Under the pieces are notes generated by a model. It was not told where the DNA came from and did no database searches. It worked only from the letters and a program-made list of their open reading frames with translations. A stretch of 64,000 bases of DNA from Ruminococcus sp. (GTDB lineage: Bacteria > Bacillota > Clostridia > Oscillospirales > Ruminococcaceae), in contig SVNM01000001.1 in the NCBI GenBank assembly GCA_015066875.1, positions 7,815-71,814 of the forward strand. Reading direction: 5' to 3'. Position 1 is the stretch's first letter. Every line of letters begins with the position of its first letter. The position numbers and the translations under genes are program-made. Shown here piece after piece: positions 48,207 to 57,098 of this stretch.

Positions 48207-48425
48207 ATGACTATTATGCAGTACAGGGCGAAAATGCTGTTGTTATCGACACAGCAAGCAGAGCTGCTTTGCGAGCTTATGGACGTTGAGGGCATAAAAA
48301 AAGAGCCTGAACAGGTCAGAAAGAATGTCACTACCATTCTTTCACTTCTGACCGAAACGGAGGCTTTCTTAGAAAGCATCATCGACAGCGTTTGTCCAAG
48401 CTCAAATGAAAGTATAGCAGATTAA
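48207..48425 (+). CDS. Phage hypothetical protein
   Basis: GAGGTG RBS before MTIMQYR. Confidence 0.6.
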   Translation: MTIMQYRAKMLLLSTQQAELLCELMDVEGIKKEPEQVRKNVTTILSLLTETEAFLESIIDSVCPSSNESIAD

Positions 48426-48439
48426 GGAAAATTTGTCAA
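48411..48439 (-). promoter_or_regulatory. Leftward (antisense) SigA promoter just upstream of the transposase
   Basis: TTGACA, 17 bp, TG-C-TATACT on the minus strand. Confidence 0.65.
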
Positions 48440-48454
48440 GTTTTTTCAAAGGAG

Positions 48455-50470
48455 GTGCTGAATTTGGACTACTTGACCGTAAAGGAAGCGGCTGAGCTTA
48501 AGGGCTGCTCCGTACAGTATATAAAAAAACTATGCAAAGATGGTGCTATCCAAGCAGAAGTTAAGCAACATCCGCAGAATAAACAACCATGCTACATGAT
48601 ACCTGTTTCGGCACTTCCTGAGGAGCTTAAGGGGAAGTATTATAAACGTCTAAAAGCAGAAGCCGGGACAGCTCCTGAGCTGAAGGAGACGGAAGAATTA
48701 AAACCCCGTAAAAAGGTTATTAAAAAAGCATTTGAAGAGTATACCGCAGAGGAACGAGCTGAGATTGCATTGTGGTGCAAAATACTCAGGGAGTGGCAGG
48801 AGCTGCGTATCAAATACAAGAATAAAGCTACTGTTGATGCTGATTATGTAGGAAAATGCCGTATTGAATACGGTGAGAGCATCGAAATCAGCGTTGATAT
48901 TCTTTACAGAAAGTATGCAGCGTTCCGGGAGAACAATTATGACGGTCTTATTGATAAGCGTGGAGGTTGGAATAAAGGTCTTACTTCCATGAACGATGAC
49001 GTCTGGAAAATGTTTACACGAATCTATCTTGTTTCAAGCAGACCAACATTGAGCAGATGTTATACCGATATAAAGGCATGGACTAAAACATATTACCCGG
49101 AGCTGTATTGCTCACTTCCGTCTGAAAGAACATTCAGACGGAGAGTTGATACGATACCAAAGTGTGTTGTTGAGTTTACCCGATACGGAAAGAAGGCTTG
49201 CTTTGACAAGTATCTTGAATACATAGAGCGAGATTACACCGACCTTAATGCAAATGACATCTGGATTGCGGACAATCATACACTTGACGTTATATCAATG
49301 TCGCCTGAAGGCAAGCCGCACAGGCTGTCTCTTACAGCATATATGGATGCCAAAAGCGGTGTTATTGTAGGTTGGAACTTATGTGACAATCCCTGCTCCC
49401 AGTCAACACTACTCGCATTCAGAGCGGCGGTGATGAACGGCTTCGGTGTTCCGCTGGGTGTGTATTTCGATAACGGTTCTGAGTTCCTTACTCATGATAT
49501 TGCCGGCAGAGGTCACCGTAAAAAGGCAAACTGGAATAAAGGCGATGACCCTCCGACAATTCTTTCCCTGCTCGGCGTCACAATGACAAATGCACTTGTA
49601 AAGAATGCTAAGGCAAAAAACATTGAGCGTTATTTCTACACGTTCAAAGAATTTATTTCAAAAGCTTTCAGTGGATATTCAGGCGGTACAATAATGGAAC
49701 GTCCCGAAGACCATGCACAAAGGGTTAAAAATGGAGATATTCCTACCGATGAAGAGATTGCTGAACTGCTTGGAGTACTGATTAACGGTGGATATAACTG
49801 CAAGGCTTATGGAGGCAAGGAAAAACGCTACAGCGGAATGAGTCGTATTGACGTCTGGAATGAAAGTATCAATTCTGAGGAAGTTGTCTTCCGTGACGCT
49901 GACGATGAAGATCTTACTCTTCTCATGGCAAGAACATCACGCTATCAGAAGGTACACCGCAACGGCGTATATATTGAGCAGTACGGAAAGAAAATCTGGT
50001 TCAAGGATGACAGCACTGTATTCAATGTCGGAAAAGAAGTGTATGTCCGCTTCGATCCGGCTGAGCTTGACGAAGTTAGAGTATATGACCGTGAAACAGA
50101 CAAGTATCTGTGGACATATAAGAGAGCCGATTATCTCAATATTCCTTACGCAGTCAAAGGTGAGGAAGGCAGAAATAAAATTGCAACTGCAATGGCTAAT
50201 ATTGCACGCAACAGAAAGGCTATCAAGCAAGCAGCTGCAGCGTATACGGATTCTGACGCTATAGATGTATTGGCGGCAAGAATCAATGAGGCTGCAAGCA
50301 ATCTTGATAAAATGCAGATACATAGACCAAAGAGAATACAGCCAATTACTGCGGATGAGCTTAACAAGGATTATCCCGGACGTGAAAATATTATTTCCGT
50401 TGAAATTCTGGATGAGCTTGCAGCTCTTAAGGCTGTAAATGATAAGCTTGAAAAAGCGAAAGGAGCGTAA
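48455..50470 (+). CDS. MuA-like DDE transposase
   Basis: N-terminal HTH (LTVKEAAELKG), WIADNHTLD, YFDNGSEF, AKNIERYF, Mu-transposase C-terminal VRFDP. Confidence 0.93.
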   Translation: MLNLDYLTVKEAAELKGCSVQYIKKLCKDGAIQAEVKQHPQNKQPCYMIPVSALPEELKGKYYKRLKAEAGTAPELKETEELKPRKKVIKKAFEEYTAEERAEIALWCKILREWQELRIKYKNKATVDADYVGKCRIEYGESIEISVDILYRKYAAFRENNYDGLIDKRGGWNKGLTSMNDDVWKMFTRIYLVSSRPTLSRCYTDIKAWTKTYYPELYCSLPSERTFRRRVDTIPKCVVEFTRYGKKACFDKYLEYIERDYTDLNANDIWIADNHTLDVISMSPEGKPHRLSLTAYMDAKSGVIVGWNLCDNPCSQSTLLAFRAAVMNGFGVPLGVYFDNGSEFLTHDIAGRGHRKKANWNKGDDPPTILSLLGVTMTNALVKNAKAKNIERYFYTFKEFISKAFSGYSGGTIMERPEDHAQRVKNGDIPTDEEIAELLGVLINGGYNCKAYGGKEKRYSGMSRIDVWNESINSEEVVFRDADDEDLTLLMARTSRYQKVHRNGVYIEQYGKKIWFKDDSTVFNVGKEVYVRFDPAELDEVRVYDRETDKYLWTYKRADYLNIPYAVKGEEGRNKIATAMANIARNRKAIKQAAAAYTDSDAIDVLAARINEAASNLDKMQIHRPKRIQPITADELNKDYPGRENIISVEILDELAALKAVNDKLEKAKGA

Positions 50471-50473
50471 ATT

Positions 50474-51622
50474 ATGGATTTAAGAGAAAAAGCAACAGCT
50501 CTGGCAGAGGAGCTTGGCATAGATTTCAGTAAGGTGCATCGCGTTATAGGCGTTACCGCAGAAACCCTTGAAGGAGCTTTTAACGGGCATAAAAAATCCG
50601 TTGAAAGTGTTACAAAGTTCTTCACAGACCGTGAAGCTGCATTTGAAAAATACACGCCTGAACAGGTAGAGATTATCAGGACATTTGAGAGATCTATTCC
50701 AGAAAATGGCAGTGCAAGTAAAGCTGCTGAGAAAATAGGCATCGGACCTGCAGTAATTTCCGGATTGAGGAAAGGTACGTATAAAGGAGTTACTGAAAAA
50801 TATTTTGCAGAACTCTCAGCTTATTTCAAAATCAAACAGGAGAAGAATGAGCTCCCTGATGTATTTACTCCTGTTGATTATGCACCTACAACCATTTCTC
50901 AGATGATATATCAGAGGCTCAGAAACGTTCACGTTCTCGGTGGATGTGCCGTTATAACCGGTGATGCAGGCATAGGCAAGACAAAGACGATTCAGAAATA
51001 TGCAAGAGACAACCGTACCAAGACCATAGTAATAACTGCCAGTGTTCTGAATCACACAGTAACCGATGTGCTGTACCTTCTCGCAGAAGAGCTTGGTATC
51101 AGTGATACCAACAAGAGACGTATCAAAGCGGCTCTCTTCTCAAAGATACGTGACGGAATGATTATTATCATTGATGAAGCTCAGGAGCTTACGTATCAGG
51201 CGGCAAATGCTCTGAGAGCTATCCCGGATTACTTTGAGGCAAAAGGTGAAACGGTTGGACTTGCCTTTGTCGGTAACCCCTGCTTCTACAATAAATTCAA
51301 CGGCAAATACACAAGCGACCGTGTACAGGTTAGCAGCCGATTTGTTACGGAGTCTACTTACTCTGCAGAACAGATCCAGTTTGAAGATACAAAAATGTTG
51401 TATCCTCAACTTGCACAGCAGAATATGCAGCGTGAGCTTATGTTCCTGCACAGCATAGCTACTACCCCGAATCTCGGACAGCGTAAGGCATTATTTATTT
51501 TCAAGGAAGCTTACAACTACGGAAAATATGACCTTGATGCACTTGTTAAACGTGCTAAGAGTGCGAAAATGCGCTTCAATAACCTGAATGAAATCCTTAA
51601 CAAAATCAAGGAGGTCGCATGA
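50474..51622 (+). CDS. MuB-like transposition AAA+ ATPase
   Basis: HTH segments, GDAGIGKT Walker A, IIIDEAQ Walker B, FVGN; directly after MuA. Confidence 0.9.
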   Translation: MDLREKATALAEELGIDFSKVHRVIGVTAETLEGAFNGHKKSVESVTKFFTDREAAFEKYTPEQVEIIRTFERSIPENGSASKAAEKIGIGPAVISGLRKGTYKGVTEKYFAELSAYFKIKQEKNELPDVFTPVDYAPTTISQMIYQRLRNVHVLGGCAVITGDAGIGKTKTIQKYARDNRTKTIVITASVLNHTVTDVLYLLAEELGISDTNKRRIKAALFSKIRDGMIIIIDEAQELTYQAANALRAIPDYFEAKGETVGLAFVGNPCFYNKFNGKYTSDRVQVSSRFVTESTYSAEQIQFEDTKMLYPQLAQQNMQRELMFLHSIATTPNLGQRKALFIFKEAYNYGKYDLDALVKRAKSAKMRFNNLNEILNKIKEVA

Positions 51623-51783
51623 AACACGGAAAAGCACCTACAAGAGCACAGAAAATATTGCTCAGAGGATATAGATTAGATCCTGCAAACTGGCTCGTAG
51701 TAAAAGACACAAGTACAGAAACAGTTATTCAGCACCGTCACACAGGAACAACAAGAACAATACCAAAACGGAGGAACACATGA
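51619..51783 (+). CDS. Small phage protein (DUF6906-like, 54 aa)
   Basis: MKHGKAPTRAQKILLRGYRLDPANWLVVKDT...; AGGAGG RBS. Confidence 0.7.
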   Translation: MKHGKAPTRAQKILLRGYRLDPANWLVVKDTSTETVIQHRHTGTTRTIPKRRNT

Positions 51784-52094
51784 AAACGTATGTAAAAACA
51801 ATTATTGTCGGCATAATGGTAGGAGCATTAGTTGCTCAGCTTATAAACGCAGCTGTTATTGAATGGTTTGATCGACCTTTTCAGATGGGAGGAGAAATTC
51901 TTATTCCGGCTGTTCTCATTATGGTCGGATATTTAGGCTGGCTACTTGCTGATACTTATTTCACAGAAGTTAAGTATAAAGATATATACAGCAAAGGTTT
52001 TACTGAAGGAGTGAAAATTAACAGATATAAAATTATTATTACGATCCCGGAGGAAAAGTCTAATGAAAAGCATAACGGCAGCAGAATTGCTTGA
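51780..52094 (+). CDS. Phage membrane protein
   Basis: Two hydrophobic helices around GGE. Confidence 0.65.
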   Translation: MKTYVKTIIVGIMVGALVAQLINAAVIEWFDRPFQMGGEILIPAVLIMVGYLGWLLADTYFTEVKYKDIYSKGFTEGVKINRYKIIITIPEEKSNEKHNGSRIA

Positions 52095-52401
52095 AACGCT
52101 GAAAAGCAGCAAGGAGGAGCTCGTCGAATTGATAATGAGTGCTTTCGAACTTAGTTTCACAACGTTTCCTTGGCTTGAACTGGCAAAGAAGGCTAAGCTT
52201 ACAGTAATAGATCACAAAATGGAAAATACTCTTGCGAAGGGCAAAGTTCTCAGAGCACAGTTGCTTGAGATTCCTGAAGCGGAACGGTTTTCATCAAATC
52301 AGGACGTTTTAAAGCTTATGTGCGATATTAATCGTAATAATGATGAATATATGAGACTTTTAAAGAAATCAATTACACTGAACAAAGAAATATACGGCTG
52401 A
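52063..52401 (+). CDS. Phage hypothetical protein
   Basis: GGAGG RBS, 112 aa. Confidence 0.6.
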   Translation: MKSITAAELLETLKSSKEELVELIMSAFELSFTTFPWLELAKKAKLTVIDHKMENTLAKGKVLRAQLLEIPEAERFSSNQDVLKLMCDINRNNDEYMRLLKKSITLNKEIYG

Positions 52402-52469
52402 GGGGCTTCTGCTCCTCTCCTTAATGCGACCTCTTCGGAGGAAAAACAAAAAAATCAGGAGGAAAATAT

Positions 52470-52742
52470 ATGAATCACAACAAAAGAATTGAAAAGTGTA
52501 AGGCTATCCTTGTACATTATGGCTTTGCTGCTCAGCAAGAGAAGCTTGTTGAGGAGTGCGAAGAACTGATTGAAGCTGCTCAGAACGAAGATTACGACAA
52601 CTTTATTGAGGAGCTTGCAGATGTAACGATAATGATATCACAAATGGTTATGTCTCTTAATCAGGAACAGCAGGAGCAGTACAACGAAATGATTGATTTC
52701 AAGCTTGATAGAACGCTGCGGCGTATAGAATCAGATATATAA
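52470..52742 (+). CDS. MazG-like nucleotide pyrophosphohydrolase
   Basis: KLVEECEELI...EELADV ExxE/ExxD pattern. Confidence 0.75.
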   Translation: MNHNKRIEKCKAILVHYGFAAQQEKLVEECEELIEAAQNEDYDNFIEELADVTIMISQMVMSLNQEQQEQYNEMIDFKLDRTLRRIESDI

Positions 52743-52743
52743 T

Positions 52744-52829
52744 AGCCGAAACAGCGGATGGAAGCCCTCGAAGCTCTCCGCCCGCTGTCTGCCGGAAATG
52801 GTCTACCGGCACTGACGATGGCAGACCAC
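52744..52829 (+). ncRNA. Type II hammerhead ribozyme, copy 2
   Basis: GCC-GAAA-CAGCGG...CCGCTG-TC^-TGCCGG...CCGGCA-CTGACGA-TGGC-AGACCA; loop TGGTCT pairs with AGACCA; predicted cleavage after 52789. Confidence 0.9.
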
Positions 52830-52861
52830 AGTATTTTGAAAATCGAATAGGAGGAATTTTT

Positions 52862-53098
52862 ATGACATCAAAAAGACTCACAAGCAAATCGGGCATTACT
52901 ATCCCGAAAGACCTGCGTTTACAGCTCGGATGGCAGCCCGGAATGTCGGTTGACCTTGTGCCCGACGGCAACGGTGCCCTGCTCATCAGACCGCACATCA
53001 ATCACTGCCGTTTCTGCGACAGCGTAGAAAATGTACATAAGTACAAGGATGTCTGCGTATGTCCCGACTGCGCCGCTAAGATGAAGGAGGCTGTATGA
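52862..53098 (+). CDS. AbrB/SpoVT-family DNA-binding protein with Cys-rich tail
   Basis: GITIPKDLR...CRFC...VCPDC. Confidence 0.85.
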   Translation: MTSKRLTSKSGITIPKDLRLQLGWQPGMSVDLVPDGNGALLIRPHINHCRFCDSVENVHKYKDVCVCPDCAAKMKEAV

Positions 53099-53763
53099 TG
53101 AATACTATCAACGTAATTGACCGTATGGCTGAAATCAAACAGGAAATTAAGAGCCTGAACGCTGAGTATGACAAGCTTCAGGCTCAGATCCAGCTCAAAG
53201 CGGAGGCAGCTCTGACCGACACCAAGAACAAGTCGGTACAGTATTCAGGTTCTGACGGTAATATAGCCTCAGTAGTAATTGCTGACAGTATTTCCGTTAT
53301 TGCAGGTGAGCTGCTCCCTGCAATCTTTGGCAGCGTTTATCCGTCAATGGTATCTCAGGAAGTCAAGTACACACTCAAAGCTCCTGCAAAGCGTATACTC
53401 TCTGCCATCTGGCATAAAGAGTACTGCGAGGGTACTGTAGCTGAAATCATCGAAGGTCTGAACTGCGATGACAAAGCTAAGAAGCTGCTTGCAAAAAAGG
53501 TCAAGGGTATCAACTTTGACAAGGATAAAAAGCACCTCATTGACATTGCACAGCTCTCCGATGAAGAGGCATCAGACACTGCGTATCTCATCAGCGAGGT
53601 TGCAGCGTGGGTAAATATCTGTGCTTTTGTGAAAGTAAACAATGACGGTGAAATCAGCGATGAAATCCTTGCTGATATCATCACAAAGGTCAATGCCGCA
53701 GTCAACGTCTCCAGAAGTATGAAAACTGAGATTTCTTTCGGCGGAGGTGAGGCGGATGAGTAA
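53095..53763 (+). CDS. Phage hypothetical protein with N-terminal coiled coil
   Basis: 222-aa ORF, AAGGAGG RBS. Confidence 0.7.
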   Translation: MMNTINVIDRMAEIKQEIKSLNAEYDKLQAQIQLKAEAALTDTKNKSVQYSGSDGNIASVVIADSISVIAGELLPAIFGSVYPSMVSQEVKYTLKAPAKRILSAIWHKEYCEGTVAEIIEGLNCDDKAKKLLAKKVKGINFDKDKKHLIDIAQLSDEEASDTAYLISEVAAWVNICAFVKVNNDGEISDEILADIITKVNAAVNVSRSMKTEISFGGGEADE

Positions 53764-54118
53764 AGAATGGAATGAAGATGACGAACTCAGATACGAACGT
53801 GAGCGTAAATCATCTAAGGAAAAGGAAATACTCAAAATGCGTGATGATGCTCAGAAAAAGTTTAATGAGCATGAGTACAACTATCAATACACAGGCTCTG
53901 GCAGTACATACCGTACAATGAGAAAATATGAAAATATAATTGAGGTGTGTAACCTTGCTCTGGAGGCACTGAATAATGAGTGCAGACATTGCGAAAGCCA
54001 CAGACGTACCGTCGATAGCCGAATCAAAAAGTATGAGGAAGCAAAGAAGGCAGGTCTGAACGAGGTGCTTGATTTTGACGAAATCATCAAAGACCTCTAT
54101 AGCTGTAAGTACTGTTAG
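53756..54118 (+). CDS. Phage hypothetical protein
   Basis: GGAGGTG RBS; CRHC motif. Confidence 0.6.
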   Translation: MSKEWNEDDELRYERERKSSKEKEILKMRDDAQKKFNEHEYNYQYTGSGSTYRTMRKYENIIEVCNLALEALNNECRHCESHRRTVDSRIKKYEEAKKAGLNEVLDFDEIIKDLYSCKYC

Positions 54119-54128
54119 GAGGGACGTT

Positions 54129-54284
54129 ATGGAAAATAATAATATTCCCTGCTGCGGAACGTGCCGGAACTCATGCGGTTCCGGCGAGAACCTTTACTGC
54201 TGTAAGGTGTCCGGAAATGTTACACCGTATGAAGGATGCATGATGTATGAAGCTAAGAAAGACGAAAAGGAGCAGAAAGCATGA
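54129..54284 (+). CDS. Small Cys-rich phage protein
   Basis: AGGAGG RBS; CCGTCRNSC...CC...C. Confidence 0.6.
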   Translation: MENNNIPCCGTCRNSCGSGENLYCCKVSGNVTPYEGCMMYEAKKDEKEQKA

Positions 54285-54445
54285 ATGATATGAGCAATGA
54301 AGAAATCATAAGAACATTTATCAATACGGCAAGGGCGATAGTGATTGAAAGTGGTTGTGAGCATTTTGAAGTGGATTTTATCACCAGAAATGATGAAAAA
54401 TATGTCCTTAAAGTTGATTTAGTTCGAGTTGAAAGTGAGGCTTAA
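54281..54445 (+). CDS. Small phage protein (54 aa)
   Basis: AAGGAG RBS, ATGA overlap with the previous stop. Confidence 0.5.
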   Translation: MNDMSNEEIIRTFINTARAIVIESGCEHFEVDFITRNDEKYVLKVDLVRVESEA

Positions 54446-54446
54446 C

Positions 54447-54563
54447 ATGAAAATTGATGTAAAAACAAGAGATACCGAACGTGAGAACACCAAATACGTT
54501 GAGCTTGGTGAAATCAGACTTATTATTACCGACGGTGAGCTGATCGGCTGGTATAGACCGTAA
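54447..54563 (+). CDS. Small phage protein (38 aa)
   Basis: MKIDVKTRDTERENTKYVELGEIRLIITDGELIGWYRP, GAGG RBS. Confidence 0.5.
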   Translation: MKIDVKTRDTERENTKYVELGEIRLIITDGELIGWYRP

Positions 54564-54581
54564 GACTTGAGGTGCCACACA

Positions 54582-54710
54582 ATGCTTGAAAATATTCTTA
54601 CCTTTATTATTGGCATCGGCTTAGGTGCAACAGTAACACTATTTGCAATGTGTATGTGCATTATTTCAAAGGAGGCAGATAAGGATGAGAACTCCGACAA
54701 AGACAAATAA
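54582..54710 (+). CDS. Small single-TM phage protein (42 aa)
   Basis: MLENILTFIIGIGLGATVTLFAMCMCIISK..., GAGGTG RBS. Confidence 0.55.
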   Translation: MLENILTFIIGIGLGATVTLFAMCMCIISKEADKDENSDKDK

Positions 54711-54981
54711 TGAGCTTTTTGACCGATTTTGGAAGGCTTATCCCCGAAAAGAAGGAAAGCCTAAGGCGATGAGTACATTTGAAAAGCTCAAAATAACACC
54801 TGAAATACTTGAGAAGGTCCTTGCTGAATTGAAACGCCAGTCAAAACTTAAGGACTGGCGGCATATCAATACCAAGTATATACCTTTAGCTCAGACTTGG
54901 CTAAATCGTCGTGACTGGGAGGAAGCTCATGGAACAGATACAGACAATGATGCCCCAAATCAATACGGAACGTTCATATGA
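54685..54981 (+). CDS. Stand-alone C-terminal domain of a phage replication initiator
   Basis: FDRFWKAYPRKEGK...YIPLAQTWLNRRDWEE, typical of replisome-organizer C-termini; no N-terminal HTH. Confidence 0.7.
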   Translation: MRTPTKTNNELFDRFWKAYPRKEGKPKAMSTFEKLKITPEILEKVLAELKRQSKLKDWRHINTKYIPLAQTWLNRRDWEEAHGTDTDNDAPNQYGTFI

Positions 54982-55711
54982 AGAACTTCTGCAGATGAAA
55001 GTCAACGCATATAACAGTCGCCCCGGTAATCTTACCGGGTATGACTGTAGCGTTTGCAAGAACAAAGGATATATAGCCAAAATCAAGGACGGAGCTGAGG
55101 TGCTTGCTGAATGCAAGTGCTATAAGATACGTGACACCCTTTATCATATCCACAAGAGTGGACTGGAAGAACCACTGCGCAGGTGTACGTTCCGCAGCTT
55201 TGAGTGTTCAGAACAGTGGCAGGAAAAGCTTAAGGAGAAAGCGTTACAATTCCTTGAAAAAGGAAAAGGCAGTATGTTTGTTGGTGGTCAGTGCGGAAGC
55301 GGGAAAACACATATTTGTACTGCTGTTGTTGGCGGTTTCATAAAAAAAGGAATGTCTGCAAGATATTTCGTGTGGCGTGAAGATTCAACGGCTTTGAAAG
55401 CTATTGTAAACGACAAGGAATACTCTGCAGTACTTGATTCGTATAAAAAAACAGATGTCCTGTATATTGATGATTTGTTTAAGCAAACTGACATAAAGGA
55501 TGCTGATATCAGGCTTGCTTTCGAGCTCATTGATTACAGAGCACGTAACAGTCTTATAACAATAATATCCAGCGAGCGCACATTGAGTGAGCTTGTTGCT
55601 ATAGATGAAGGTCTCGGAAGTCGTATCGTTGATATCACTTCAGATGCACAAATAAATATATCGAGGGATAAAGCAAGGAATTACCGTTTAAAGGAAAGGA
55701 GTAGATTATAA
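54929..55711 (+). CDS. DnaC/IstB-like helicase loader ATPase
   Basis: CSVCKNKG...ECKC zinc motif, GQCGSGKTH, VLYIDDLFK, IISSE, GSRI. Confidence 0.88.
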   Translation: MEQIQTMMPQINTERSYEELLQMKVNAYNSRPGNLTGYDCSVCKNKGYIAKIKDGAEVLAECKCYKIRDTLYHIHKSGLEEPLRRCTFRSFECSEQWQEKLKEKALQFLEKGKGSMFVGGQCGSGKTHICTAVVGGFIKKGMSARYFVWREDSTALKAIVNDKEYSAVLDSYKKTDVLYIDDLFKQTDIKDADIRLAFELIDYRARNSLITIISSERTLSELVAIDEGLGSRIVDITSDAQINISRDKARNYRLKERSRL

Positions 55712-55857
55712 TGAAATCCCCGTGTATGAACTGTAAATGTCGTACAGTTGGATGTCACGCACAGTGCCCTGGTTACGCAGATTATAAGAAGCAGCTTGAA
55801 GAACGCAAGCGCCTTAACAAGGAATATGAGGCAACGCATTATATAAGATGGAGGTAA
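55711..55857 (+). CDS. Small Cys-rich phage protein (48 aa)
   Basis: MKSPCMNCKCRTVGCHAQCPGYADYK...; AAAGGAG RBS. Confidence 0.65.
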   Translation: MKSPCMNCKCRTVGCHAQCPGYADYKKQLEERKRLNKEYEATHYIRWR

Positions 55858-55859
55858 TT

Positions 55860-56351
55860 ATGGCAGCAGGAATGACTAAACGGTTGTATGCACTCGCTGC
55901 AAGTCTGGGATTGGTCGAACGCAACAATAAAGACGATCCTTTCCATCAGCTTGTGTATGGTGTTACCGAAAAAACATCTGTAAGTGATCTTACAGCGGCA
56001 GAGGCAAAGATTGTTGAACGTGAGCTTATACAGCGTATGAAACTCAGCAATCAGAGCAAGCCGTTAAAACATAAATCATCAAAAATCAACACGGTTCCGG
56101 GAATGATGACCGTACAGCAGCAGAATCTTGCCTGGAGGCTTGTATATCGTCTTGATGAACTTCAACCCACACATACAACAGTCGGAGATCGACTTGTTGG
56201 TGCAATTCAAAAGGAGCTCGGTATTACTGCTTCGGTTAAACAGCCATTCCGTTGGATAAACTTTGAAGACGGAACAAAACTTATAGAGCAGCTGAAGCGA
56301 TATGTCCGTAGTGCAGAACGCCGTGCGGCAAAAAAGGCAGGTGCCGGGTAA
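55860..56351 (+). CDS. GemA-like (DUF1018) protein
   Basis: LYALAASLGL...TSVSDLTAAEA...LIEQLKR; directly upstream of Mor as in transposable phages. Confidence 0.75.
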   Translation: MAAGMTKRLYALAASLGLVERNNKDDPFHQLVYGVTEKTSVSDLTAAEAKIVERELIQRMKLSNQSKPLKHKSSKINTVPGMMTVQQQNLAWRLVYRLDELQPTHTTVGDRLVGAIQKELGITASVKQPFRWINFEDGTKLIEQLKRYVRSAERRAAKKAGAG

Positions 56352-56665
56352 TGGATATTGACAAGCTTGTCAGTCTCGACCAGCTCCGTGATGATCAGAG
56401 GGAGCTCGCTGAGATTATCGGACTTGAGGCATACAAGCAATTAATCAAATATTACGGTGGAACTCCCTTGTATATTCAGAAAGCAGAATCTGTTTTAAAA
56501 GACTCAAGAGATAAGGAGCTTAACGAAAAATTTGACGGAAGTAATTATAAGGAGCTTGCTCGTGAATATGGAATATCTGAAATGACAATTCGGGATATTG
56601 TCGCACCTAAACGCAGAGAGTTGAGAGTAGCTCCTTTGGAAGGTCAGTTAAGTTTTGAAGAGTGA
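56351..56665 (+). CDS. Mor/C family transcription activator
   Basis: LAEIIGLE...YYGGTPLYI...RD...FDGSNYKELAREYGISEMTIRDI. Confidence 0.9.
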   Translation: MDIDKLVSLDQLRDDQRELAEIIGLEAYKQLIKYYGGTPLYIQKAESVLKDSRDKELNEKFDGSNYKELAREYGISEMTIRDIVAPKRRELRVAPLEGQLSFEE

Positions 56666-56715
56666 GTATAAAGTAAAATTCTGCAAAATGTTTCTATATA
56701 CAGGATATAATTTAT

Positions 56716-56760
56716 AATGGTATAATCAGTTCGAAAGATTGATTATACCATTTTTTTATT
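56716..56760 (+). terminator. Hairpin plus U-tract between Mor and the late genes
   Basis: AATGGTATAATCAGT-TCGAAAG-ATTGATTATACCATT-TTTTT. Confidence 0.7.
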
Positions 56761-56775
56761 TGTGGAGGTGGAGAT

Positions 56776-57087
56776 ATGTCACAGGAATTAATCTATTATG
56801 CTATCACAACAGTCATCGGAATTGCTATCGGTATTATCAGCTATTTCCTGAAGCGTACCATTGATCGCAATGACAAAAATGAAGCTATGATACAGGAACT
56901 AAGAGAAGATCACTTTATGTTGTCGGAAAAATATGCTACGAAAGCCGAGGTTAACGAAATTAAGGCAAATATGCAGAAGCTTAACGACAGCATTGACTAT
57001 ATAAAAGAACACACGACTAAAAATGAGGACTTTATCCGTGTTATGACGCGGCTTGAGAGTAAAATAGACAACTATTACAACAGATAG
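56776..57087 (+). CDS. TM/coiled-coil phage protein (Mu gp25-like position)
   Basis: N-terminal TM followed by a coiled coil. Confidence 0.7.
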   Translation: MSQELIYYAITTVIGIAIGIISYFLKRTIDRNDKNEAMIQELREDHFMLSEKYATKAEVNEIKANMQKLNDSIDYIKEHTTKNEDFIRVMTRLESKIDNYYNR

Positions 57088-57098
57088 GAGGTACTACC

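Noticed and set aside
47798-48425. Long overlapping ORFs 47798-48382 (-) and 47922-48425 (+)
   Set aside because: They run through the GC-rich hammerhead; RBS positions support the shorter genes 47897-48082 and 48207-48425
52396-52442. Twister-ribozyme-like fragment (GCTGAGGGG...CCTTAATGC)
   Set aside because: The conserved P4 element (CCGGTNNCAAGCCCGG-like) is missing; at most a degenerate remnant
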